Assembly: GCA_030704615.1 (NCBI GenBank)
Contig: CM060733.1
Location: forward strand, 62,062,001 to 62,126,000
Direction of reading: 5' to 3'
Source of the DNA: Takakia lepidozioides
Taxonomy: Eukaryota > Plantae > Bryophyta
Length of the DNA: 64,000 nt
Positions 48,853 to 60,676 of the stretch are shown in pieces; the stretch's first letter is position 1; the number at the start of each line of letters is the position of its first letter. Made by a program: the position numbers and the translations under genes. The notes below the pieces were generated by a model that was not told the DNA's origin, did no database searches, and saw nothing but the letters and a program-made list of their open reading frames with translations.

Positions 48853-49879
48853 GGTAAAAGCAGACAGGAAATGCGAAAACAGCCTCTTCTACCAGCTCTA
48901 TTCAACTGGTTACTCCCGGTGATCAGACACGGTATTACCTTGATACCGTTCTCAAAACTTATGTACTAGATGTGGTTTACTGGTAAATACCGGTCGCCCC
49001 TGGTGCGAAGAGCTTCTTCATGTTTTCCGCTTTGCTCTTCTATGTTGGGAGAGGCCATGCCCAAGGCGCTGTCTTCCCCTTGCGGAGGATGGGTGGGAGT
49101 TCTCAGATCATGCTGTAGGATAATGGTTCACGCGGTGGGGCGGAAATGGAAGTCCACCTTTGCAGTGTCGGGCCCGAGACCCTTCCAAGTGAGGGCTGTC
49201 ACACCTCCCCAGCGTCTAGGGGAACTGAAAAGAGGTATAAACCAGTGTTGTGCGGGTCCGGGTTTTGAAGGCGGGTACCCGGCGGGTTAGGATCCGGGTT
49301 ACCCGGACCCGTGCTATCACAAAAAACCCGGACCCTGACCCGGGTTCATTTCTAAAATGAACCCGGAACCGGACCCGCCTGCTGGGTCCAGAACCCGTTA
49401 AACCCGCTACCCGCGGGCCAATGTAGCGGGTCAGGGTCCGGGTCTTAATTTTAGATGGGCATGCGGGGACAACCTTAGATCTGGTAGGTTTTGTCATTCT
49501 AGCGATGACCGAAGGTCGGAAGCTAGTGTAGCGTAGAGCAGGAATAGGGTGCCATAGTGCCACGTCATCGTAGACACATCATCGTAGACACGTCGTCGTC
49601 GTCGTCAATTTCTTTGGAATCTGCCCGGACTGCCCGCCCGAAATATGCCAATAGAAATCGCCGCGCCAACTTTTTCCGCAATGCCCGGATCTTGATCTTC
49701 TTGAACTGCAGGAGCTCTGCCGCCATCGTTCACCTTGCAAGCAGCAAGCTCTCAACGAATTGAGGAAATACATGTTGAGGTAGATTGTAGCCCTGCGTTG
49801 TCTTTTACGTTCTTGTCGTCTCTCACCGTCACCCGTTCCTGCATTTTCCCGACGGACCCATATCCCAGAATGCACACAT

Positions 49880-51565
49880 TGGCCCTCACATGCATTAGGT
49901 TTTGCAACGGCGACGGAGGATGAGGGTTCATCTGCAGGAGCTTCGTCCTGGATGCAGAGGCTAAAGAATGTGAGCAAGACACCTTCATCAGATTCTTCCC
50001 AATCGAATACTTTTAAAGAAAAGTCTGTGTTTGAGCATGACCTTACAATGGAAAGTGAGTGCCATTCTACTGTGTCGCTAGGTGCTCTGCTACAGATTCA
50101 ACAATCTAATATCATAAAAGGCCCCCACTTGCACAATGTGACTGTTGGGAGTTGATCAGTATGAACCATTGGATCACTTTGTTTATTTATTGCAAAGGAC
50201 ACTTCACGAATTTCTTAGCTGAATGAAATGATGGTGCAGACAAGTGTGCTTCTGGTACCAATTTGGCTTATAGGAGACAATGGCGGATATGCTTCTTCCA
50301 GCAACATGCAACTGCAGGAAGGAACCCAGTAGGTGTAAATTGGAGACTGAAGAGAAATACCCTAAAGCCTAGACTGGGCCTGCATTATGATGATTCGCAA
50401 TAAAGGACACCAGTATAACAAAGGGGGGGATGTGGAAGCTGGCCGATGGTTCCCGCCACTCATTGAAAGAAGACATAAAATTTCTTGTTTGATCACTGTT
50501 ACTCTTCCCACGAAAGACTTACATTCCCGGTTGTCCACTTTTTGCAAGATTCACAGATGCTGCCGCATTCCAGCAACCCCCCATCAACTCTTCCACCTTC
50601 ACCAACCAACAAATCCATGGTGTCAACCTCAGGCCAGACCCTTCATCTCCCAGCTATGGCCACCTTATATTCAAGGTATAGGGACAAATATATTTCATCA
50701 TTCAAGGTATTAAAAGATGGTAGGAAACAGACAAACAGTGGAAAGCCATTGTTGAGACAGCGGGAGGAGAGATTTTGAGAAGAGAATGCAGCTGCCAGAG
50801 CATAACAAAAACATACAAGAGCTCTTAGGCAACAAACACGGGAGACTAACCTCGTCAAGAGACTTGGGAAGCGGCTTGCCTTCCTCCTTAAGCTTCATCA
50901 CACGCCTGTTTGCCTCCTTTGCCCACTCGTACTTTGCCAGTACGGCATCAACATCACGCATAGTGCACCCCCACTCCGTTGCCACCTCAGCCTTGTGCAG
51001 CTCTCCAACTCGCTGGACCCACATCATGCCCAGCCCGATGCCCCTTGCTTACTTTCTGAAGACATTGTGTGCTCACGTGCAAGCCCGGCCGTCCAGTATG
51101 CAGCCCTCTTTAACTGTTTACCACTTTTGAAGGTTGGTGCTCTCATTAAACATTGAAACAGACTTTCCTGTAGCAACCAATTTCAGATGTAATGAAAAAG
51201 CATACCAGAGGGTCATGTCGGGCTAGGGATCGAAGAATCCCCTCCTGTCTCTCAAGGGATTTTACAGCTGATACTTCACCCCCTCTGGGCAGGCCGCGTC
51301 CAAATGTCGTTAGACTTCCAAACTGGCGTGCCTTCTTCAACTCATCTGCAAAATCTGTACAACACAAAGAAAATCTATTGAGAGGCAGAGCTAGATTTCA
51401 AAGAAAGATTCACAAATCGAGTACATACTTGTACTAAACCGGTTATTGGGCTAATTTCCAACCTCTGACCGCCGTGGCTGCAAACTACAGGATTGGGCTC
51501 TCAATCTGGGGTCTTCAAGTCGAAATGTTGCTTGTCCATGCGGCTCTGGAAAAAAGTACAAGAGG
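49880..51565. pseudogene. SEC-C motif gene copy B, disrupted by internal inversions (50457-51519)
   Basis: Exons homologous to 18311-19135 now read on the minus strand (ORFs 50710-51027 and 51146-51367). Confidence 0.8.
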
Positions 51566-52790
51566 TGGGTTCTTGCTCTTTTCACAACTCCTCTCATCTC
51601 TCTGCCCCATTCCAATGGGAGTGTCGTAAGGCGGAGAGAAGCAATGTTTCTGGCTGCTTTATCTCACACTCATACTTAAACAGATGGATTTTGTGGCTAG
51701 ATGAGTCAAATTTCAAACTTAAAGCAAAGCAAGTAGTACTATCAAACATCATGTAGCCTGGCAATAAGCTGGCCATGAGGCATCTCTGGCTTGAACACTA
51801 TCTTACATTTCACGCAATGTGGTGAGGGCACCTTCTTCTTCGACCTGTTTCAGCCTGTTTTATCTCTCATGAGACTCGGTCCTGAGATCCTGTTATCAGA
51901 GTCGTCCCTAAATTCTGATGTTGAACTCTGCAAGGTAGCTTGTTAGTGGATCTATGGTGGTTTTGGAGTGATTTTAACATGTTACTGCCAATGTGGCAAC
52001 AGGAAAGAATCAAAAAACAGATAACAGAGACGAGGAGAAGCTTTGGAATGCTCACCTCAACGATGACCGCAGCTTCTGAAAGAGGATCAAGAGAGGGAGT
52101 CCACAATGCCTCTTCTGGCACTTCTGCGCATGTGAAGATGCTTTGTGAGGCAGGCAGACTGACAGAGGCTCTCTGCATAGATAGCTGAAGGTGCAGGGAT
52201 AGAGGGTGGGTCCAGATTCATCTAACAGGGCCAGATTTCAAGCTTCAGATCACCTATGATTCCCTGTGGAAGGACAGGTACAAAAAATAGATGGTCAACT
52301 GCAACCCGCAGCGGCAGCGGTCAGACACTGCTAATGAAGGCACCTTCTTTAACACATTTCACCCTGTTTTTCCCTCTTATCAGAGTCGGCCCTAAATTTC
52401 CGTGTTGAATTCTGCAAGTTAGCTGGTTGAGTGAACCTTTGATAGTTTGGAGTGAATGACATGATACGGCCAATGTGACAACAGGAAAGTATCCAGAAAC
52501 AGGTAACAGAGCTGAGGAGAAGTTGTGGAATGAATACTTTTCCTAACCCCAGTTAATGGTGGGACAACTGAGGCAAAAAGGTGAATGCATGTTGGATTAC
52601 AGAGAGTAGCAGATGCAATTGAGCATACAAACTAGTGTGATAAGTTGAGTTGGGTGTTTCCTAGAACTTCAAGCTCCAAATTACCTATGATTCCCTGTGG
52701 ATCAATAGCTACAAGAAACCTGCATCGGTAGATGGTCACCTAAAGGCAGCAGCTGCAGCGGCACCTTTGCTAAAATCAGGCACCTCAACC

Positions 52791-53767
52791 ATGACCACAG
52801 CTTCTGCAAGGGGATCAAGAGAGGGAGGCCACAATGCCTCTTTTGGCACTTCTGGGCATGTGAAGATGCTTTGTGCGGCAGATAGTCTGACAGAGGCTCT
52901 ACAGACTTTAAACAAAAGAGGCATTTCAACAGATTCAGATACATATGTCTGTCTCTTGCTTAAGTGCATCAAGATGGAAGGTCTGGAAGCTGGAAAGCAG
53001 ATGCACACTCACATTATCCAAAGTGTATTCCCGCCAAGTGTTTTTCTACTCAACACCCTTGTCTATATGTATGTTAAGTGCAGGAGCATCATGGATGCTC
53101 ATCAAGTGATCAACAGAATGCCTCAACCATCTTTGATCACGTGGAACGCGATGCTTGCAGGGTATGCACAGCAGGGGCGTGGTATGGAGGCCTTGGAGAC
53201 CTATGATCAAATGATGGGGGAAGGGGTGAAGCCCGACCACATCACGTTTCTGTGCATTTGCAATGCGTGTGCAAGCCTGGCAGCTCTGGAAAAGGGTGAA
53301 GAGGTGCATGGCGACATTGTCAGAGCTGCAATTGTACCAAATGTCAATACCCTCGTGGACATGTATGAAGGGAGTGTTCGACAGTATGGCTTAACAAGAT
53401 GTGGTGTCGTGGAGTGCAATGATTGTAGGATATGCACAGCAATGGCCTGGGATGGAGGCTCTGGAACACGATGCTTGCAGGGTACGCACAGCAGGGGCGC
53501 GGTATGGAGGCTTTGGAGACATATGAGCAAAAGATGTGCGAAGGGGTGAAGCCTGACCACATCACATTTGTTTGTGGTTGCAATGCGTGTGCAAGCCTGG
53601 GAGCTCTGGAAAATGGGAAAGACGTCCATGGTGACATCGTCAAAGCTGGAATTGCACCAGATTCATCTTGAACACTGCCCTGGTGGACATATGCCAAATG
53701 TGGGTGGATCGAGGATGCGAAGGGAGTTTTCAACACTGTGGCTGAACAAGATGTGGTGTCGTGGAAC
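52791..53767 (+). pseudogene. PLS-class PPR gene copy B, 5' part, interrupted by element 2
   Basis: ORF 52767-53549 has PPR motifs. Sequence is collinear with 20410-20857 + 34928-35465 up to ...GTGTCGTGGAAC. Confidence 0.88.
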
Positions 53768-54214
53768 GGGGAATGCTTGCGCGTGAGCCTATGAGCCTGT
53801 GAGCCTGGCTAGGCTCACACCACGTCAGCAAGCTTCCACGTGTTCAGGCCCTAATTCCGTGCTTACCCCCCCCCCCCCCCCTATTACCGCGGATCAGCTG
53901 TCGCCTATGTCCTAATTTTTTATCCCTCTTCATGGCCCCCACATGAATATTCTTTGTGGCCGAGAACAATGGCAGGTTTGCGGATGAATTATGATTGAGG
54001 TCATGACTTTGGAATGAGGAGATCGTCCACTAGAGAACTGAATATTAAAAGCAAACATTTTTTTTGGGCAAAGCAGTACATTCATTCCAACACACAAACA
54101 TTTTTCAATTCCGCAATCCGAAGACCTATCCTAGGCAATCCCTAACTGTACTTACGGGAACGCGCAAAGAACTTGAAAAACAGTTTGGAGATGGAAGCAA
54201 AACCAAAACACAAT

Positions 54215-57200
54215 TTATTGAGCCTCGGTACTTGAACCTAAAGAAATATTGGAGGTTTCAGAGGAACCACTTCCAGAGTTTACAGCAATATCATCTATGA
54301 ATACAGCAGCACATCCATGACGTTTTTTTTTTCCACGACCTTCATGGAGATGCGAATACAGTGTTTGTTCGGATAACACCCGTGCGCAAGCTTCCGCGTA
54401 AACCGGCAAGCGGTTGGATCTAGGGGGCTCGGGGACATGTAGTATCCTTGGAAACCGAAAGGTGTCTGCTGATTCGATGACTGGTGCTGAACTCTGCAAA
54501 GCAAGAAGAGGAATGGTGGTAGATGTTAACATCCAGATATAGACAACGAAAGCCACTATTTCTCGAATGGGAACGACACAAGGAAATGCAACATATTTTG
54601 CACGACTACACAAGAACTTACTCACACTCAAAATCGGAGTCCACGTCCAGATCCTCGTCAGGCGCTTCGGGCTCCTCCAGAAGTCCCTCTGTGGATGGGG
54701 CAGAAGTAGTGCCCGACTCAAGCTGACGAAGCTCGCTTGAGAAGAGCTCCGTATCAGCTTCCATGCCGAAGAAGTGCCTTCCGGCGCTCTTGCAAGCATG
54801 AAAACATGCTCCTGCAAATCCAAGAAGAACGAGAAATAAAAACAGGGTTTCCCTAAGGTCACTGCCCATATGTCAAACACAATGTGAAGGGCCCCACCTG
54901 TGCCCATAGACAAGTCAACCACTCGTCCACCATGACGGCTGCATGTCTCCACCAAAGTCTGCATGAAAGCTGGAGATTTCTCCCGTGCACCTCTCCAAGG
55001 GACACCAATCGACCTTTTCATAGTCCGACCCGAGTCGACGTAATTGAAGATAACATCATCCTCCACAGGCTCGCAGGTGGGGTCAATGTGAGCTGCAAGG
55101 TCCCTCAACTGAAACTCAGCAACACCAGCAGGAAGAGTGTCCTTCCGCCTCACCAGGCACAAAGCTTCGAACACCCGTGTCTGTCAATAATCACGAAGAG
55201 AGAATGAGACAGAAGACATAACCCACCATTTTGATTTACCGAAAAACCACGAAACATCAATTGAAAGGAACCAACTCACTTTCTGCCCCGGGAACTCGCC
55301 CTTCGTAAGAGGCAGAGTATTGATGCATGTCCAAGTTTTGATGACACGAAACCCGGAAGCTTTCATGTAGCTGAAAAGAGTTCTTCGAGCCGACATGTCC
55401 TTTGACTGCATGAGAAGAAGAGCCCCCGAGTCCGAAAGGAACTTGTTGCTGAACGAGAAAGCCCACTGCCAGTAACGAGAATCCGATTTGTTCCAAGTCG
55501 GGGTCGAATTGGAAGGAAACACATCAGGGACAGGAAAACCGTCAGGAATGTCCAGCACCACAAGGTCAGTCGCGTATGCCTGCTGAACTCCATTCACCCA
55601 TTCCGGACTTTTTGTGACCTACAGCCAAAAACATGAGACAGTGTAAGAAGCCCAATCCAAATCTAACAGGAGATCAATCCCCTGGACAAGCCACAACAAG
55701 CTGCCAAAACACAATTATTCATACAACAGTTTAGACATAAGTGTTCACCTGAGTGAGGAACGAAACAAGCATGTCCCATGATTTCGAGGGCACCCCTTTG
55801 AATGTGGACTTCCTGGACTCCATCATTGCAAGAAAACTTTCATTCAGCACCTTACGATTGAACTGGCCCAAAACCCTGGAGGGATGTTCTCTCGCCTCGA
55901 AAACTTGCTCCCTCGACTTTGATGTTCTCCTATCCCTCCTTGCGGGAGAAGGCTGTCTTTCAGGAACCTCTGACGGTCCCTGTCCTTGCGGAGCTGCACT
56001 TTTCCCCTTCCCCTTCGGATCCCCGACAATCTTCCCCTTTCGTTTTGGAGTAGCAGTTTTCTCGGGCTCTTTTGCAGCCAGAGCCGAAATGATTCTGTCC
56101 TGGATGTCTTTGTCAGCCAATGGGGCAATCGCTGCGGCATTGTCGTTCAGGTTTCTCAAAACAACTTCATCGAATGGAGTGTCCTGTTTTGGCAGGTCGA
56201 GGTACCACCCACAGTCTCGGAAGTGCGCCCTGCTCCAGTCTTTGGCAATACCAGCCGTGTACATTGTCTTGTCATTGGAGGGGTCAGCCCATGAATAGAT
56301 GAAGTCTGGGTCATCGCTAAGGTACTTTCCCGGTATGAGGATATGATACATATACCTGAATCACACACAAAAAACCCAGACAGTCATTCGATCAGAAAAC
56401 GAAAAAGAACACACATCCGGAAAAAGATATTGAAATGCAGGAAGGCAACACTGAGAATTCTACTTTTGAAATCCCGAATCAACCTTGCGTTGACGCAATG
56501 TTCATTCGAGCAGAAATGGGGAACACCAAATGATAATGTTGTATTGATAGAGACAACGACTGAGAAGCGCAATTCAACATTGCTTCAACGCAAGGTTGTT
56601 TTCATTCAGAGAGGAAATGGAAAACACTGCCTGAAAACTACCATCTGACTATGTACTGGTGCGGATATTCAACATTGCGTTGGCGCAATGTTGAAATCCT
56701 CTGTTGAAACACATGTCAATGCTATCTGATAATCATAAGTTTCCTACAATTGTATTGAAATCGGGGGATGGCTGCGGGAAATTTCCAGCAATCCATACCG
56801 CCAAACAACCTTGCGTCAACGCAAGTCTGTTTGTTGGTACAGTGAAAGTTGTAAATAGCATTTCAAACCGACTCCAAACAGTCTTATGTTCATCTTGGCA
56901 GCATTGGAACTGGATTTGAACTGCCCAAAACCACAGGAAAAGCTACATAGCCTGCCACTTCATCAACCTTGCGTTGACGCAAGGCTGATTTTCCTGTCAG
57001 TTTATCCCCTTTCACATTCAGAAAAACGGCATTATGGGATACCCAGGTATAGGTAAGTGAAACCAGGACAATGGGAAACAACCTTGCGTTAACGCAATGT
57101 TGCTCGACTGCACATGCAGAGCCCTCAGAGATCTCGCAAAGCACTGCAAATTCGCAATTCTTTATGGAAAGAACGACACAAGATTGCAGAAACATGCCCT

Positions 57201-60007
57201 TCAAGCACCAATTTTGATTCAAGGAGGTCACACCTGTACAACACTCGCTTCATTGCTTGCTCGCTGTTGTACTGGTTTTTGAATTCGTAAGACCTGGAGA
57301 TTCCTTTCTCTTTCTCAAACTCCCTGAAGAAGCAGTTGTTCCAGACAGCGAGCTATAGGCCTCCAGTGTGATCCGGGGGCAAGCCATCTGGATTTTGTAG
57401 TCTGCCATCGACTCAGCAAGTGCAGCCACTGCACGTTTTTCTAACTGCAACAAGAAAGCTCGTAAGAATTTGGGAGAGGTTACGGAGCAACACAAATGTC
57501 TGAAAATGGTTTGGTTCAAACCTTACCTGGCTCCAGAATGTGGCTTTGTGTAGCCACTGGTCGAATGTGTGGTCGCTAACAACTCTTATTGCTTGTGTCT
57601 TCGGGTCCCTCTCTGGAGTTGGGAACATGTTCGTGTCTCTCACAAGAGGATCCGAATTCCATATCTCCAACCACCTGATTTTGGTTGCATTGTCCACCAT
57701 TGAAATGGAAAGGCGATGTAGTTTCTCTTGAGTCATTTCTGGCTTGGAGCCATACTTGTCATAGTGTGCTTTCACCTGCTCCAGAAATTCCGTGCCAAGA
57801 CCTGGGTCTGCTATCCGGATCTGTTTGTCGAATGCACTCATGAGGTTCTTCCTTTGATTTTTCATCTCGAACTTCATCATGTCCTCAAGCCCAGTTGCAG
57901 ACCGCTGCTCTTCTGTGTGGGAATCATAGTACTCTGCTTTCGCCTTCAATCCAGTTTCTGCTATTTCTTGCTGCATACATAACAGGTAAAAAGAATCAAA
58001 CACTGGAATTTCTTCACAAAATTTGCAGTAACAACAGGCAAACAGGTGTCAAAAAGCTTACAGTGTACATGTACTCAAGAAAAGCCTCCCTTGTCAAGCT
58101 GTACCATGTGCTTGTCTTCTTCTCAGCACACCTCTTCATCTGCTGAGGACTGAGCACGTTCGTGAATGACTCCAGTGGCATCAGCCCTACCTTCTGGATG
58201 CGGAATAGAGTGTGGCACAGATTGGTCGTCACATGAGATGTTTCATTGGACCTGGAAAAACCTTCAACTCATAAGATGATTTCAAATTGTCGAAACAAGG
58301 AACAGACACAAAGTTGGAAACTTACTTGTTTATGTCGTGCATGGCTGTCAAGAGCTGCGTGACACGTCCTTTGTGATCGAGAACCATGGAAACCACGCTC
58401 CAGTGCCATTCGATGTCGTCCGAGTGCAAGCTTGAAATGTAATCCATCCAGGCAAGCAGTCTGTGGTTCCCATCCCAGACAAAAAACATCTTTCCCATGA
58501 ATGCTTTTGTGGAGGCCTTTTTGGACAGCTTAAACTCGAACTCCCTGTTTACATCCCGCCAGCATGCATCCCAACCTTGCTCAATGTCCTCTGTTACAAG
58601 ACACTCCTCTCCTTTCGTGTTCATAGTGGATACGTAGAACACTGCTGATCCCTTGACATAGCCGTGAACAAAGTCGTTCTTCAACTTCGTTATATCATTC
58701 CTCAATGCCGGTCGAACAGCGGGCATGGAGATCATCCTGCACAGCGGAATGACCAGGTTTCCGCCGGGAACCTCCATCGACAGAATCACCTTCGACGAGT
58801 TCACTTTTTGCCCACCAATTATCTCCTCGGCCTTGTCTTCATAGTTTCCCTCCAATGAGTCTTCCTCACCTTCACCTTCTGACGCGGCCAAATCTTCCCC
58901 CTCGGATTTCCTTTTTCTTTTCCTCTGCACAGAATGAATTATCTGTGAGTGACAGATTGAGCACCCATGGATCAACATTGCTTTGACGCAAGGTTGATTG
59001 ATGGGGATGTAGTTTAGACTGAAAGGCATACAGGAAAGACTTTTGAAGCAAAAAAATGCTTTGCGTTGACGCAGGGTTCTTTTGGGAGCTTCAACTAATC
59101 AACTTTCCCTACCTTACAGTTCAGGGTATGAGAGATCGGACGCTTCCATTGAACAAAAAAATCATCAAAACCAGCCTTGCGTCAACGCAATGTTGATTCC
59201 TGTGCGGCATCTGTTCGTTTCACTAGAAGTTCTAACATACACCATGGAGGTTGGCATCAACCTTGCGTTGACGCAAGGTTGATTGCGAGCTCTCGGATCG
59301 GTGTTGAACAAACACAAAAGCTACAGGAAAAGGAGATTGCTGTCTCTTCTTCTTCTTCGAACTTGATGATGCGTCGCAAGCATCCATGTCTGTCTAGCTT
59401 GATTGTAGTGCAGCATCTGCACTGTTTTGATGCCCAATATATACACTTAGGAGGTCGACTTCAACCTTGCGTTGACGCAAGGTTGATGTCGACCTCAATG
59501 CTTAGCAAGAACCAGACAGAATCAGAGAGAGAGAAAGAGAGTTCATAGCCACCTCCGGTTTCTTCTTTGCACTTGATGATGCTCCTGACGCATTCAATCT
59601 TTCCATTTGGTCTGGAGGTAGCATGCTTCCAAGGAGGTCCCGATGGTGCGAAACAAGGGCAGACGGCATCGTTTCCGCGTCCGTTTGTTCTCCCTGCTCT
59701 TTGAAGACCTGTTTCTCTACTCGCAGTGCTTTCTCCCGAGCCCAGCTCACTTCCTCGTCCTCCCCCCTTCTATTGGAGGTTGCTCATCGGTCGCCTCCGG
59801 GATCACTTCAAGACCTTCCTCTCCACACTGCGGTTGCAGAATCCTGTTTTGCCCTTCGTCTTCCTCTACGCCGGATGTTTCTTCTCCCATTCTAAGTTCC
59901 CGTCTCGCCTTCCTCATCCTCTCCTTAGCGCGTGCCCTTTGCTTGTTTGATGTGAAATAAAGTGTTCTTCGACGCTTGCTTCTCCCTCGGAATGGGGTCA
60001 CCGTCTC
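54215..60007 (-). CDS. Element 2 accessory gene: ParB/Srx-like + beta-class N4/N6 MTase-like fusion; approximate exons 60006-59553, 58924-58326, 58251-58061, 57970-57527, 57444-57233, 56355-55749, 55618-55280, 55180-54898, 54812-54622, 54494-54215; a few lesions
   Basis: AVRP..ITKLKNDF..FFVWDGNHRLLAW; TDLVVLDIPDG; FLSDSGALLL; PWRGAREKSPAFMQTLVETCSRHGGRVVDLSMGTG|GACFHACKSAGRHFFGMEAD. Canonical splice sites shared with element 1. Confidence 0.78.
56478..59487. repeat. About 11 dispersed palindromes, consensus TCAACCTTGCGT-TG-ACGCAAGGTTGA, in two introns of the element 2 accessory gene
   Basis: Copies at ~56479, 56574, 56669, 56806, 56963, 57079, 58972, 59058, 59172, 59257, 59461, in both orientations of the central TG/CA. 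Confidence 0.88.
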
Positions 60008-60676
60008 TGCAGAATCCAGGGTTGCAAAGACAATAAGGAGAAGAGGGAAAAAAGAGGACTATGGGAGGTTCATCGCAAGGCCTTCAACGCCAAGATGTTC
60101 GCTCGCAACGTTCAGTGCGCCACTGACTCATTCCACATGCATGGCGAACACGTGTCCATCTAATCGTTATGAAATATCGGCGGAGATCATTGGATCCTCA
60201 TCCATCCAAAAATCGTTGGGGTCTAATCACCTCTCATCTGAAAAAGTTCATTATTGGGCAATTTATTCTGGGATGTTCCAGAGGAATGTCAAGTATGTAC
60301 AGTTGTACAGCGGTGCAGGTGCCGTTAAAATTAAATGGAAATGGGCATCTCTTCTGGCCTCTCTGACATGACAACCAAACGGCGGCTCTGTCAGTCAATC
60401 TGTCAACGAATGCACTGGTGGGGCACTTGTGAAAAAACAGTTGGATTCTAGGATTAGGGCTGACATTATGGACTCCGCATTTGGGCACTCTGTGACCATG
60501 CGCTTGGTTCGCATGGGGAGACATTTCACAGAAGTGGAAACCCGCGTTAGGAGATCTGCAAGCCGGAGCGATACCTGCAATTCTCTGTGAGGACGCCAAA
60601 AACTCCGCTCCCACACAATTTGCATTCACAAGCACCGTCGGACTGTGAACTCTACTTTCTGAAGCAACATCGACAT

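Larger units (their letters stand above)
36979..53767 (+). repeat. Copy B of a direct tandem segmental duplication (copy A = 10238-20857 + 34916-~35465 onward)
   Basis: Near-identical collinear sequence, e.g. 11260-14320 vs 38775-41835. Many ORF translations are identical between copies. Confidence 0.95.

Noticed and set aside
36979-53767. Duplication as an assembly artefact
   Set aside because: The copies differ by SNPs, indels, inversions and independent TSD-bearing insertions. An uncollapsed haplotype cannot be fully excluded without reads.
54215-60007. Bacterial contamination or a restriction-modification/partition operon
   Set aside because: The gene has conserved spliceosomal introns and lies inside a transposon inserted in a plant PPR gene. 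No ParA or restriction nuclease was seen.
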